Source: Candidatus Krumholzibacteriota bacterium
GTDB taxonomy: Bacteria > Krumholzibacteriota > Krumholzibacteriia > JAJRXK01
DNA: 64,000 nucleotides
Assembly: GCA_963727455.1 (NCBI GenBank)
Contig: CAVSGG010000010.1
Location: 64,001-128,000 of the forward strand
Reading direction: 5' to 3'
Shown: one piece after another, positions 19,087-29,355 of the stretch
How the letters are laid out: each line of letters begins with the position of its first letter
Numbering within the stretch: position 1 is the stretch's first letter
Translations under genes and position numbers: made by a program
Notes under the pieces: model-generated
The model's database searches: none
What the model saw: only the letters and a program-made list of their open reading frames with translations
What the model was told of the DNA's origin: nothing

Positions 19087-21909
19087 ATGAGATCGAGCCT
19101 TCGCGATTGGCTGCTGTTTTCCCTTCTGTTTGTCGTGGTCGGCCCCGCTCGCGCCAGCGTGTTCGGGCCCGATCATGCAGTGTGGAAGAACCCGAAGATC
19201 GAACAGGCGGAGTTCGCGCGCACCCTCCTCGAGCTTAGGAACCGCCAGCTGAAGGAACCCTCCCACCTGCGCCTGGAGCACTCGGTCGAGGGCGCGCAAA
19301 AGACCGCGCTTTCTCGCGAGCGGCGCTTCCTCGTCATCCCCGTGCTCTACGCGGACGGTCCGCAGGAGGGACCGGTGTCGGTGGAAGAGCTCAGCGCGCG
19401 ATTCTTCGATGAGAGCCGAGAGTCCTCCTTCGTGAGCTATTGGAAAGAGGCGAGTGGCGGGCGCCTGGTGCCGCGCGGTCGGGTACTTCCATGGCTACGC
19501 ATGCCCCAGGTTCGCTCCTACTACCAGAACGTCTTTCAGGGGCGCCCGCGACTCGTTGCGAGTCGCCGACTGGCGGAGGATGCCATCTGTGAAGCGGCAC
19601 CGCTCCTGGGCCCGTGGTGGGACTTCGACGACGACGGCCCCGACGGGATTCCGGGCAGCGGAGACGACGACGGTCTCATCGACTTCGTCATCATCCTGCA
19701 TCCGGATCCGGGGATCGAAATTCAGGTGGAGGAGGAGGGGATGATGGCGCTGCAGGACCGCGTGGATCCGCAGTATGTGTACTCCTCCTGTGGGGTTGGC
19801 ATGGATCCCTTCGCCCTCGCCTCCGCCCTGGATCCCCTGGGGGTGATCGTGCACGAAGCCGGTCATCTTCTGGGCCTGGTCGATCTCTACGACTTGAACG
19901 TTCCGGCGGAGCAGACAGGAGACGGCTACGCCAGCGGAGGTCTGGGTCGCTTCTCGCTGATGGCGACGGGAACCTGGGCCGGCGCGGGAAAGAGTCCCAC
20001 CGGGCTCGATGCCTATTCGCGCTCGCTCTTAGGCTGGGGCGAGGAACAGCAGGTGGGCTCCGTCCTGCAGACGCAGCTCGATCCTCAGAGCGCTCCCGGG
20101 AAATACCTGGTGCTCTCTCCCAGCGGCGATTGGGGGCGCGAGCGTTTCTTGGTGGAAGCGCGCGCGGCCGGGATCTCCCCGCGGGACGAGGCCCTGCCCG
20201 GTGAGGGAATCCTGATCTACCGCGTGGACGAGGCCGCGCGCGGCTGCGTGGGTACGGACTTTCCCCTGGTCGAATTGCTGGAGGCGGATGGGCGTCAGGA
20301 TCTCATCCAAAATCTGAACCAAGGCGAGGCAAGCGACTTCTATGGAGACGCTTCAGGGAATTTTGAACTGGGACCCACCACCTCTCCCTCCAGCGAGTCG
20401 CGCAATCCCTCGAGCGCAAAGCCGGCGCCGCGGATTCGGCTCCAGGACGCAGGAGCGCAGCGTTGGTCCCTGCAGCTGGAGCGAAGCGCCGCGGCGTGGC
20501 TCACCCTGCAAGCGGCGCGCTTTGCGGATGGGAAGGTGCAGCTTTCGCCGGGGAGCACGAATGCCTGGCAACTTCTCTTTCGTCCCACGAGTTCGAGCCC
20601 GATCAGCTCGGCGCGAATGCGCGTGCTCGCCCTGGAAGCGCCGCTCAGCGCCTCCACCACGGAGTGGATCCCCCTGGAGGCCGGGCCGGAAGGCTACGCG
20701 CCGAGTGAGAACCTCGTCCTTCAGGCCCCGTCACAGCCGGGAGTTCTGGAGGCGCGAGTTCGACTCGAAGTCGAGGTGAACGGCCAGAGCCGGGTGATCG
20801 AAGGCGGGATCCCACTGCAGGAGAGTACGGGGCTCACAGCGACGGAGTTTTCGCGCTGGGCCGCCGAGGTCCTCTCCGCGGGCGTGCCTGCCACCAGTCT
20901 CGATACGCTGAGCGCGGCGGAAGCTCCGGTGGAGGGCTTGCGCGGCTTTTATCTACACACCGCGCAGGACTACGCCTACGGCAATTGCTGCGAGCTGCAG
21001 TTGCTCTCGCCCTGGTTCGCGAGCAGCACCGCGCCGGACACCCTGCTGCGCTTTTGGTCGCGCATCCACACCGAGACTTCTCTCCCGCCGGAAGCGTGGG
21101 ACGGCGGGGTGGTCGAATGCCGCAGCTTGGATGGCGAATGGACCCCTCTCGTTCTTTCCGGCCCCTCCAGGGCGAGGATCGTGCCTCTGAGCCGGGCGGC
21201 CACCAGCGGGATCGCGGGCCTGGGGGGCAGCAGCGCGACTTGGGTCCAGCTGGAAGCGGCACTGCCCACGCGTGACGCGCCCTTGCAGCTGCGTTTTCGC
21301 TTCGGCAGCGACGCGGACGGCCTGGTGCGCGACCAGCACGGCGGATGGAGCCTGGCCGGAGCGGCGGTGGGGGAAATGAGATGGCAGGCGCAGCTGGAGC
21401 TTCTGACCCCAGGAGCGCAAGCGCAGGCGCGCCTGCGGGTGAATCCTCCTCCCGACGCTCTGCGCGCCTCGCTGTGGGGAAGGGTGCTCCCCAACACCGC
21501 CTGGCAACTTCTCAGTTCCGCCCAGCTCCTGGATGCACGGGGAGAAACGCTCTTCCACTTCAGCATGCTCGAGGGAGGGGTGGTGCAGCTCGGCGCATTC
21601 GAGGGAGAGTCCACCGACACCCGCCTGGCCATCACGGGACTGCGGAGCGGGGGACAGGCCTTCCGCGCCCGGCCCAATCCAGCGCTCAGCTGGCTGAACT
21701 TCCTGGCGGAGGCCTCTACCGCCGATCGCACACTGCTGATCTACGACCGGCGCGGACGCGAGGTCCGCCGCTTGCGCTTTCCCGCAAATCTGGGACTCGT
21801 CAGTTGGGATGGCACCGACGATGCAGGTCATCGGCTGGCCTCCGGATTGTACTTGGCGCGGCTGGTTCCCTCGCGTTACAAAGCAATCTCAGTGACCCTC
21901 ATTCACTGA
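19087..21909 (+). CDS. Secreted M6-family (immune inhibitor A-like) zinc metalloprotease with C-terminal FlgD-Ig/T9SS-type sorting domain
   Basis: Signal peptide, acidic DDDGPDG..GDDDG loop, HEAGHLLGLVDLYD, FSLMATGTW Met-turn; C-terminal PNP..IYDRRGREV..WDGTDDAG..ASGLY. Confidence 0.82.
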   Translation: MRSSLRDWLLFSLLFVVVGPARASVFGPDHAVWKNPKIEQAEFARTLLELRNRQLKEPSHLRLEHSVEGAQKTALSRERRFLVIPVLYADGPQEGPVSVEELSARFFDESRESSFVSYWKEASGGRLVPRGRVLPWLRMPQVRSYYQNVFQGRPRLVASRRLAEDAICEAAPLLGPWWDFDDDGPDGIPGSGDDDGLIDFVIILHPDPGIEIQVEEEGMMALQDRVDPQYVYSSCGVGMDPFALASALDPLGVIVHEAGHLLGLVDLYDLNVPAEQTGDGYASGGLGRFSLMATGTWAGAGKSPTGLDAYSRSLLGWGEEQQVGSVLQTQLDPQSAPGKYLVLSPSGDWGRERFLVEARAAGISPRDEALPGEGILIYRVDEAARGCVGTDFPLVELLEADGRQDLIQNLNQGEASDFYGDASGNFELGPTTSPSSESRNPSSAKPAPRIRLQDAGAQRWSLQLERSAAAWLTLQAARFADGKVQLSPGSTNAWQLLFRPTSSSPISSARMRVLALEAPLSASTTEWIPLEAGPEGYAPSENLVLQAPSQPGVLEARVRLEVEVNGQSRVIEGGIPLQESTGLTATEFSRWAAEVLSAGVPATSLDTLSAAEAPVEGLRGFYLHTAQDYAYGNCCELQLLSPWFASSTAPDTLLRFWSRIHTETSLPPEAWDGGVVECRSLDGEWTPLVLSGPSRARIVPLSRAATSGIAGLGGSSATWVQLEAALPTRDAPLQLRFRFGSDADGLVRDQHGGWSLAGAAVGEMRWQAQLELLTPGAQAQARLRVNPPPDALRASLWGRVLPNTAWQLLSSAQLLDARGETLFHFSMLEGGVVQLGAFEGESTDTRLAITGLRSGGQAFRARPNPALSWLNFLAEASTADRTLLIYDRRGREVRRLRFPANLGLVSWDGTDDAGHRLASGLYLARLVPSRYKAISVTLIH

Positions 21910-21937
21910 AGCTCCCAACTTGGTCGAGGACACCACC

Positions 21938-24184
21938 GTGCAACGACGCTCGCTTCTCCTGCTCTCTCTACTCTTGAGTCTGGCCGGGCCGCCCGCCGCG
22001 GCGGCAGAGAAGAGCCCGCAGAGGAGTCAGTGGGTGAGCGAAGCCGTGGTTCTGCACGACGGGGCCCACGCCAACAGCGCGCGGGAACAAATGCTGCTCG
22101 CGATCTCCTCCTCCGATGACGCGAAGTTGTTGGAGATCCTCCAAGCCAAGGAGATTCCGGCCTCGATCGCCGATTGGCACCGCGTGCGGCTCGCTCTGAA
22201 GGATGGGAAAGACAAAGCGGCGGTGGAGGCCCTGCGTCGTTTGCTCCAGCGGCACAAGCTTCTACCCGCGGCGCTCTCTCCCCTGAGCACCGAACTCGAC
22301 CGCTTCTGTTTGCAGTCCGCCCTGGATCTCGATCAGATCGAACTGGCAAGAGAAGTATGGCTCCATCCGCGTGCCGAGCACCGGGACGATCCCTTGTGGA
22401 CCGCGCTCAGCGCGCGTCTCTACCAAAGCAGGGGTGAAACCTCCAATGCGATTCTTCGCTTCGAGGAGGCCTGGCGTAAGGCCTCGAGTTTGCAGCGCCG
22501 ACAGAGAATCTTCGCCTATCGCGCGATCACCCAACTGCGAGCGGGCGATCCCTGTACTGCAATCGAGAGCTGGCTCGAGTACGCGAAGGGTCTGCACAGC
22601 GGCGCGGAGAAACTGTGGGCGCTCAGTTTCTGGGACGCTCATCCGCTCTTGAAGGCGGCTGCAAGACGGCGGGGAGTGCGGCACGAAGTGGCGAACTGGC
22701 TGGCAGGCAACGCGCGACCTCAGGAGGCCCTCGCACTGGCATCCACCAGCTACCAGGAGGGTTCCGGCACCGAGGCGCGCAAGGGTTATCTCATCGCCTG
22801 CGAGCAACTCTATCGATTGCGAAGGCACGAGGAACTCGCGACCCTGCTTGAGAAACCGCATCCGCGCGGTCTGAACGAAGAGGCCAAAGCTTCCCTGGCC
22901 GCATACCCCTTGGGAGTGGCGCGACGCAAGGGAGCCAGCGTGGAGATTGCGGCCGGATTCGACTCGGTGGCTTCGCGTTATGCCGGCACTCGGCGCGCGG
23001 TGGAGGCGCTGTGGGAAGCGGCATGGATGTGGGAGTTGTCGGGCGAGGGGGCGAGCGCCCAGCGCGATTTTCTGCGCTACGCGCGCGAACACGGGGATGG
23101 ACCCTTCGCCAAGGCGGCGGCGCTGCGCGCGATCTATTTGCCGTTCTTGCAGGGAGACTACCGGACCGCACAGGCGCGTGAGGAAGAGCTGCACGACAAG
23201 CTGGGACAGAGCGAAGAGGCGGCGGCGGCCCTGTGGCTGGCGCAACGCAGCGCGCACGCCCGCAAGGAGGAGGCGCAGGCCGAGGACTTCGCGCGGGAAC
23301 TGCGCCGGCGCTTTCCGGACAGTCCCTATCTGGGCCTGCCCGACAGCGCTCTGGCACTTCAAGGAAAGTCTGAAGCCATCGATCTTGAACTCCTGTTTGA
23401 CGAGCAATTCCAGGCATTTCAGTTGGTGGCAAAGCAGCTGGGGATCCAGGATCTCTTCGAGCCGCGGGATCCGGCCTGGCTGCGGGCCGCGCTCCTGCTG
23501 CGCTACGGCTACTTTCAAACCGGCGAGCGAGCCCTGCTGGAGCTGGTACAGGGCTCGCGGCGCGATCCCCGGGTGCAGCTCAGGGTCTGTGCGCTGGCCT
23601 GGGCCAGTGGACGGGCCGAGCGGCAGGCCCGCAGCGCCTGGTGGTTGCGCGTGCTCTTGAAGGGGCGTTCCGAGGAGCTGGATCGGGCCCTGGAGCGGAT
23701 TTCCTTTCCCACTCCCTTCGCGGTCACGGTGGCCCAGGAGGCCGCAGCCCGCGGGCTCTCTCCATCGGCGCTCTATTCTCTGATGCGGCGCGAGAGCTTC
23801 TACGAGGCGGAAGTCGTGTCGCGGGCGGGGGCCTACGGTCTGCTGCAGCTTCTGCCGGAAACCGCGCAGCGCATGGCGGAGAAACTCCAGGATCGAGCGC
23901 TCGGAACCCCCCTCAAGCTCTTGGATCCGCGGATCAATCTACGCTACGGAAGCGCCTACTTTGCTCAGCTGCTGAAGGAATGCCAGGGCGACCCTCTCCA
24001 GGCCCTGGCCGCGTACAACGCCGGAGAAGGCAATGGTAGGCGCTGGAAGCAGCGTGTGGGGGCCACGGCTCCCGCCACCGAGATGCTGCTCACGATTTCC
24101 TATTCGGAGACCCGCGCCTACGTCTACAACGTGCTGCGTTTCTGGAAAGTCTACGACCGTATCCTCCCTTGGAAGGCGCAGTAG
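21938..24184 (+). CDS. Soluble lytic transglycosylase (Slt70-like) with TPR-like helical N-terminus
   Basis: Signal peptide; MRRESF, GAYGLLQLLP, LLDPRINLRYG, ALAAYNAG, ETRAYV; SD GAGGA before GTG 21938. Confidence 0.85.
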   Translation: MQRRSLLLLSLLLSLAGPPAAAAEKSPQRSQWVSEAVVLHDGAHANSAREQMLLAISSSDDAKLLEILQAKEIPASIADWHRVRLALKDGKDKAAVEALRRLLQRHKLLPAALSPLSTELDRFCLQSALDLDQIELAREVWLHPRAEHRDDPLWTALSARLYQSRGETSNAILRFEEAWRKASSLQRRQRIFAYRAITQLRAGDPCTAIESWLEYAKGLHSGAEKLWALSFWDAHPLLKAAARRRGVRHEVANWLAGNARPQEALALASTSYQEGSGTEARKGYLIACEQLYRLRRHEELATLLEKPHPRGLNEEAKASLAAYPLGVARRKGASVEIAAGFDSVASRYAGTRRAVEALWEAAWMWELSGEGASAQRDFLRYAREHGDGPFAKAAALRAIYLPFLQGDYRTAQAREEELHDKLGQSEEAAAALWLAQRSAHARKEEAQAEDFARELRRRFPDSPYLGLPDSALALQGKSEAIDLELLFDEQFQAFQLVAKQLGIQDLFEPRDPAWLRAALLLRYGYFQTGERALLELVQGSRRDPRVQLRVCALAWASGRAERQARSAWWLRVLLKGRSEELDRALERISFPTPFAVTVAQEAAARGLSPSALYSLMRRESFYEAEVVSRAGAYGLLQLLPETAQRMAEKLQDRALGTPLKLLDPRINLRYGSAYFAQLLKECQGDPLQALAAYNAGEGNGRRWKQRVGATAPATEMLLTISYSETRAYVYNVLRFWKVYDRILPWKAQ

Positions 24185-24238
24185 GGAATCCTACGCCCTC
24201 ACGCCCCCAAAAAGACTACCGCAAAGGAAGCGATACCT

Positions 24239-24254
24239 TGGCAGGAGCCTTGCA
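24239..24254 (+). promoter_or_regulatory. Sigma-54 (-24/-12) promoter upstream of the TPR/J-domain pair
   Basis: TGGCAGGAGCCTTGCA: GG at 24240-41 and GC at 24252-53, 12-nt offset, TTGCA -12 box, intergenic. Confidence 0.7.
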
Positions 24255-24330
24255 AGCTTCATAGGGCCGTATGCAGGATTCGGCGATCCCGCCGGTTGGC
24301 GAATGATGCTCTTGAGAACGAGAGGGCAGG

Positions 24331-25254
24331 ATGTTTCTGAAGAAACTCTTCAAGGTGATGCCCCAGGAACCGCTCACGCAGGGGCTGGACCTGTATAACG
24401 ACGGTCGTTTCGGCGAAGCGCTGGAGATTTTTGAATCTCTCCTGGACGACGGGGACCCTGCGGTCAAGGCGAAAGCCAAGCTCTACTCCTGTGAAGCGCA
24501 TCTGCAATTGGGGGATGCGGCTTCGTCTCGCGATCTGCAAGGGGCGGTCTACCACTACCGCAAGGCGGCGGAATATGAGCCGCGCTTCGCCGACATCCAC
24601 AACAAGGTAGGCGAGATGTCCCGTCATCTCGGCCGCCCGGAAGAGGCAGCCGAGGCGTTTCGTCGCGCGTTGGGGATCAACGAACGCTATTTTCTCGCCC
24701 GCGTGAACCTGGTTCAGACTCTGCTCGAGCTGGGGCAGAACACGCAATGCGGCGCCGAGATACGAGTACTTTCGGCTACCTGCCCTCCCCTGTTCCGTGA
24801 TCTTTGCGAGAGTCTGGTGGAGGCCAGCCAGAATACCGATCGTCAACGCATGATCGAAATCCTGGCGGAAATCCGGCACCTCGACCTGGATACAGTCAGT
24901 CTGGCTCGGGAGAGGGCGCTGGCCTTCCTGCGCAAAGGCGAGCCGGAGAAGGCGGCGGAGATCCTGGAGAAGCTCGTGGCCAAGCACTCCCGCTTTCCCG
25001 ATCTACGCCACATTCTGGGACTGGCGTACGGAGACATGGGCTTGCGCGAGGAGTCTATGGCCAGCTTCCGTCAGGCCCTCGAGCTGAATCCCCATTACCT
25101 CAAAGCACGCATCAATTTGGGATTCAGTTTGATGGAGGAAGGACGCTACGCCGAAGCCGAGAAGGAATTGAGAATCGCGCTGGAAACCGATCCCGACCAT
25201 CCGCTGGTGAAGAGCGCGCTCCAGGAAATTGCGGAGATAGGTTCTCATGCCTGA
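24331..25254 (+). CDS. Tetratricopeptide-repeat protein
   Basis: Repeated TPR signatures (FADIHNKVG..AFRRALGIN..ARVNL; FPDLRHILG..SFRQALELNP..ARINLG). Confidence 0.85.
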   Translation: MFLKKLFKVMPQEPLTQGLDLYNDGRFGEALEIFESLLDDGDPAVKAKAKLYSCEAHLQLGDAASSRDLQGAVYHYRKAAEYEPRFADIHNKVGEMSRHLGRPEEAAEAFRRALGINERYFLARVNLVQTLLELGQNTQCGAEIRVLSATCPPLFRDLCESLVEASQNTDRQRMIEILAEIRHLDLDTVSLARERALAFLRKGEPEKAAEILEKLVAKHSRFPDLRHILGLAYGDMGLREESMASFRQALELNPHYLKARINLGFSLMEEGRYAEAEKELRIALETDPDHPLVKSALQEIAEIGSHA

Positions 25255-25975
25255 AATGGTCGGTAACCAAATGGACCTCTACCAGGTTTTGGAAGTGAAG
25301 CCGGACGCGAAGCCGGAGGAAGTGCGTCGTGCCTACTTCCGCTTGGCGAAGCTGTATCATCCGGATTTGAGTCCGGACGGAGACGCGGACGCGAACAACG
25401 AGCGCTTCCTGCAGATTCAAAAGGCCTACGAGATTCTGTCGAATACCAACAAGCGGCTCGAATACGATGAGTCGCGTCGAAGCGGGTTGAAGGGTGAGGA
25501 AGCGGTAAGTCAGGCGGAGCGGGGACCATCACCTGGTCCTCGCCCCGCGTGGCTGCGAGGCCCCTCACTGGACGAGATTCGCGACGCGCGGAAGGCCTTC
25601 GCCAGAGTGAAACCGCTGCTGGACCAGGACGAGGTGGAACGCGCGGCCGAGGTGCTGCGGGTGATCGTCAAGACCGTGCCCAACGAACCGGAATACCAGT
25701 CCATGTACGGATACGTCCTGGCCCTGAGCGGCGACAATCTGCACAAGGCACGCGATCTGTGTCGGCGTGCGGTGCAGGCCGAGCCCTACAACGCGGACTA
25801 TCACGCTCGTCTCGGCTTTGTCTACCAGCAGGCCGGGCTCACCAAGACCGCAGACGAGTGCTTCGCCACCGCGCTGGCATACGATCAGCAGCAGGAAATT
25901 GCGCTCGCCAATCTCGAGGGAGAAAAGGGCGGAGAGGGCCTCATGGGCAAGATTACGCGCCTCTTCGGCCACTGA
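25247..25975 (+). CDS. J-domain (DnaJ-like) protein with C-terminal TPRs
   Basis: DLYQVLEV..EVRRAYFRLAKLYHPD..FLQIQKAYEILS..KRLEYD, then TPR helices; overlaps the upstream gene by 8 nt. Confidence 0.88.
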   Translation: MPEMVGNQMDLYQVLEVKPDAKPEEVRRAYFRLAKLYHPDLSPDGDADANNERFLQIQKAYEILSNTNKRLEYDESRRSGLKGEEAVSQAERGPSPGPRPAWLRGPSLDEIRDARKAFARVKPLLDQDEVERAAEVLRVIVKTVPNEPEYQSMYGYVLALSGDNLHKARDLCRRAVQAEPYNADYHARLGFVYQQAGLTKTADECFATALAYDQQQEIALANLEGEKGGEGLMGKITRLFGH

Positions 25976-25988
25976 GCGACCCCTGCGC

Positions 25989-26018
25989 TTGACACTTCCT
26001 CGCTGCTGCGTCTAGTTT
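25989..26018 (+). promoter_or_regulatory. Sigma-70 promoter for the cold-shock gene
   Basis: TTGACA-18 nt-TAGTTT. Confidence 0.55.
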
Positions 26019-26065
26019 ACTGATAGCCATTCTGGTCTCCCTATCCATCGTAAGTGGAGGTGTTG

Positions 26066-26269
26066 ATGGCAACCGGTGTCGTGAGCTGGTTTCACGAGGG
26101 TCGTGGCTACGGCTTCATCGAAGCAGCTGACACTAAGAACTCCCTTTATTTCAGACACGTGGATGTCGTGGGTAGGGGGTATCGCACCCTGCGAGAAGGT
26201 CAGAAAGTGCGGTACTCGGTCCGCGAGAAGAGCCACGTGAACCAGGCCATCCAAGTCGAGGCGCTCTGA
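26066..26269 (+). CDS. Cold-shock domain protein
   Basis: [15 protein letters not shown] (RNP-1), [11 protein letters not shown]; SD GGAGG before ATG 26066. Confidence 0.85.
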   Translation: MATGVVSWFHEGRGYGFIEAADTKNSLYFRHVDVVGRGYRTLREGQKVRYSVREKSHVNQAIQVEAL

Positions 26270-26293
26270 GGCGTCCGATGGACTTCGTTTCCC

Positions 26294-26330
26294 GCGGTCC
26301 CATCCCCCATGGGAATGGGACCGCTTTCTG
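26294..26330 (+). terminator. Rho-independent terminator after the cold-shock gene
   Basis: GCGGTCCCAT../..ATGGGACCGC stem followed by TTTCTG. Confidence 0.6.
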
Positions 26331-26357
26331 TCCCCTGAGGAATCACGGCGCGTAGAC

Positions 26358-29351
26358 ATGTCATTCACAGAGTTTCTGGAGAGTATCTTCGGTAGTAAGT
26401 CGCAGCGCGACTACAAGAAATACGCGCCTTTGGTCGAGGAGGTCAAAGAAGCGCGCGCGCCGATGAAGGATTGGGACGACGCGAAGCTGCAGTCGATGAC
26501 CGATGCCTTCCGCAAACGACTGCAAGAGGGCGAGACGGTCGACGATCTGATGATCGAGGCCTTCGCCGTGGTGTGGGAGACTTGCCGGCGACTCGCAGAG
26601 CGCAAGGCGAGCTGGGAGGTGCACGGCCGGGAGGTCGTGTGGGACATGGTTCCCTACGACGTGCAGATCCTGGGTGGCATGGTGCTGCACCGCGGAATCA
26701 TCGCGGAGATGGCCACCGGGGAAGGCAAGACCCTGGTGGCGGTCTTTCCCCTCTACCTCAATGCCTTGGCGGGCAAGGGCGCTCATCTGGTGACGGTGAA
26801 CGACTATCTGGCGCAGCGCGACGCGGAGTGGATGGGAGGGGTCTACCGCTTTTTGGGCCTGACCGTCGGCTTCATTCGCAACGAGATGAGTCCCGTCCAG
26901 AGACGCGCCGCCTACAACTCGGACATCACCTACGGCACCAACAATGAATTCGGCTTCGATTACCTGCGCGACAACATGGCGGTGAGGCGCGAAGACCTCG
27001 TCCAGCGCGATTTCCACTACGTGATCGTGGACGAGGTCGACTCCTGTCTCATCGACGAGGCGCGCACCCCTCTCATCATCTCGGGCCCGGTGGGAGAGAG
27101 CACGCACCGTTTCGGAGAGCTCAAACCGCTAGTCGAGACGCTCGTGCACAAGCAGACCCGCTTGCTCAACAACTACCTGGCCGATGCGGAGAAGGTTATT
27201 CGCAGCGGCGAGGAAGTCGACCACGAGACCGGTTTGAAACTCCTGCGAGTGAGCCGCGGAGGCGCGAAATTGCCGCGCTTCATGAAGCTGCGCAAGGAAC
27301 CCGGCGTGCAGGACATCATTCGGCGCGTGGAATCCGACTACCTGCGCGACAAAAACATGTGGGAAGCGGACGAAGATCTGTTCTACGTGATCCAGGAGAA
27401 GGAAAACACCGTCGATCTGACCGAGAAAGGACGCCGCGAGTTTGGCTCGAGGGATCCCGATTTCTTCATCCTGCCCGACCTCTCGGTGGAATTGGGAAGC
27501 ATCGAAAAGGACGAATCGCTCAGCGAAAAAGAGAAGGCCGAAAGAATCGAAACCGTGCACCGGGTGTACGGCGAGCGCAACGAAGGCATCCACAACGTCC
27601 AGCAGCTCCTGAAGGCCTACGCGCTGTTCAGCAAGGACGACGAATATGTCATCCAAGACGGCAAGATCATGATCGTGGACGAATTCACGGGGCGCATCAT
27701 GCCCGGACGCCGCTTCAGCGAAGGCTTGCACAGCGCCTTGGAAGCCAAAGAGGGCGTGAAGATCGAGGCCGAGACGCAGACTTACGCCACCATCACTCTG
27801 CAGAATTTCTTCCGCATGTACGACAAGCTGGCCGGGATGACGGGAACGGCGGAGACCGAGGCGGCGGAGTTCCACGAGATTTACAAGTTGGACGTGGTGG
27901 TCATCCCCACCAACAAGCCGATCCGCCGCGAGGATTACAACGACCAGATCTATCGCACCAAGCGTGAGAAGTACAACGCGATCGTGGAGGAAGTGGCGGA
28001 GCTGAACGAGTTGGGCCTGCCGATCTTGGTGGGAACGACCACCGTCGAGGTGAGCGAAACTCTCTCGCGGCTATTCAAGCGGCGTGGCATCCGCCACAAC
28101 GTTCTCAACGCCAAGCACCACAAGCGCGAAGCGGAGATCGTGGAGGAAGCCGGCCAATGGGGTTCGGTGACCATCGCCACGAACATGGCGGGTCGCGGAA
28201 CTGACATCAAGCTGGGCGAGGGCGTGAAGAGCGAAAGTGGAGAGCGGGAGGGCCGCCCCGCCGGCCTGTGGATCATCGGCAGCGAACGGCACGAGAGCCG
28301 GCGCATCGATCGCCAGCTGCGCGGTCGTGCCGGCCGCCAAGGGGACCCCGGCGCGAGCCTCTTCTACCTCTCGCTGGAAGATGATCTCATGCGGCTCTTC
28401 GCGTCCGATCGTGTTTCGAAGGTCATGGACCGCATGGGCTTGCAGGAGGGCGAGGTCATCACCCATGGGCTGGTAACCAAGGCCATCGAGAAGGCCCAGA
28501 TCCGCGTCGAGCAGCAGAACTTCAGCATCCGCAAGCGCCTCCTGGACTACGACGACGTGATGAACAAGCAACGCGAGGTCATTTACGAGTGGCGGCGCAG
28601 CCTCTTGATCAACGAGGAGGGTCGCGAGTCCACGCTGGATCTCATCGAGGATGCTGTCGACCAGATGATCGAGGGGCGGACCTCGGACAGGGACCCGGCG
28701 GAGTACTGGGACTGGGCCGGTCTCAGCCTGGACATGAGCACCACCTTCTTGATTCCGCTTCCGGTGCCCGAGGAGCTGCGCGACAGCATCGGACAGGAGA
28801 GCCTGCGCGAAAACCTCCTGGAAGCGGCCACGCGGGCGTACCGCGCGAAGGTGGAGCGGTTGGGTCCGCCGATCGCCAAGCAGCTCGAGCAACACGTGAC
28901 CTTGCGCACCATCGACGAGATGTGGAAGGACCATTTGCACGAGCTCGATACCCTACGCAGCGGAATCGGATTGAGAGCCTACGGCCAGAAGGACCCGCTC
29001 CTGGAGTACAAGGCGGAGAGTTTCGAACTTTTCCAGTTGGTGATGGAGCGCATTCGCAGCGAGGCGGTCACCCGCTTCTTTCGTTTCGAGCTGGTCCAGA
29101 CTCCGCCCGAGGCCACGGCCGCCTTGTCCGGTGGCACCGCGCAGAAAGCGCAGGCCAGCGCCTACGCTGCCGCCGGTGCCCAGCAGGGCGGTGCGCAGTC
29201 GGCCACTGCAATTGGCACTCTGAACCGCGAGGGTGGGGCGCCCCAGCCCTCGACCCCGGTGGTCCGTGATCATCCCAAAGTGGGACGCAACGATCCCTGT
29301 CCCTGTGGCAGCGGCAAGAAGTACAAGAAGTGTCACGGGCGAAAAACCTGA
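26358..29351 (+). CDS. secA: Protein translocase subunit SecA
   Basis: [65 protein letters not shown] zinc motif [19 protein letters not shown]. Confidence 0.98.
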   Translation: MSFTEFLESIFGSKSQRDYKKYAPLVEEVKEARAPMKDWDDAKLQSMTDAFRKRLQEGETVDDLMIEAFAVVWETCRRLAERKASWEVHGREVVWDMVPYDVQILGGMVLHRGIIAEMATGEGKTLVAVFPLYLNALAGKGAHLVTVNDYLAQRDAEWMGGVYRFLGLTVGFIRNEMSPVQRRAAYNSDITYGTNNEFGFDYLRDNMAVRREDLVQRDFHYVIVDEVDSCLIDEARTPLIISGPVGESTHRFGELKPLVETLVHKQTRLLNNYLADAEKVIRSGEEVDHETGLKLLRVSRGGAKLPRFMKLRKEPGVQDIIRRVESDYLRDKNMWEADEDLFYVIQEKENTVDLTEKGRREFGSRDPDFFILPDLSVELGSIEKDESLSEKEKAERIETVHRVYGERNEGIHNVQQLLKAYALFSKDDEYVIQDGKIMIVDEFTGRIMPGRRFSEGLHSALEAKEGVKIEAETQTYATITLQNFFRMYDKLAGMTGTAETEAAEFHEIYKLDVVVIPTNKPIRREDYNDQIYRTKREKYNAIVEEVAELNELGLPILVGTTTVEVSETLSRLFKRRGIRHNVLNAKHHKREAEIVEEAGQWGSVTIATNMAGRGTDIKLGEGVKSESGEREGRPAGLWIIGSERHESRRIDRQLRGRAGRQGDPGASLFYLSLEDDLMRLFASDRVSKVMDRMGLQEGEVITHGLVTKAIEKAQIRVEQQNFSIRKRLLDYDDVMNKQREVIYEWRRSLLINEEGRESTLDLIEDAVDQMIEGRTSDRDPAEYWDWAGLSLDMSTTFLIPLPVPEELRDSIGQESLRENLLEAATRAYRAKVERLGPPIAKQLEQHVTLRTIDEMWKDHLHELDTLRSGIGLRAYGQKDPLLEYKAESFELFQLVMERIRSEAVTRFFRFELVQTPPEATAALSGGTAQKAQASAYAAAGAQQGGAQSATAIGTLNREGGAPQPSTPVVRDHPKVGRNDPCPCGSGKKYKKCHGRKT

Positions 29352-29355
29352 GCGA

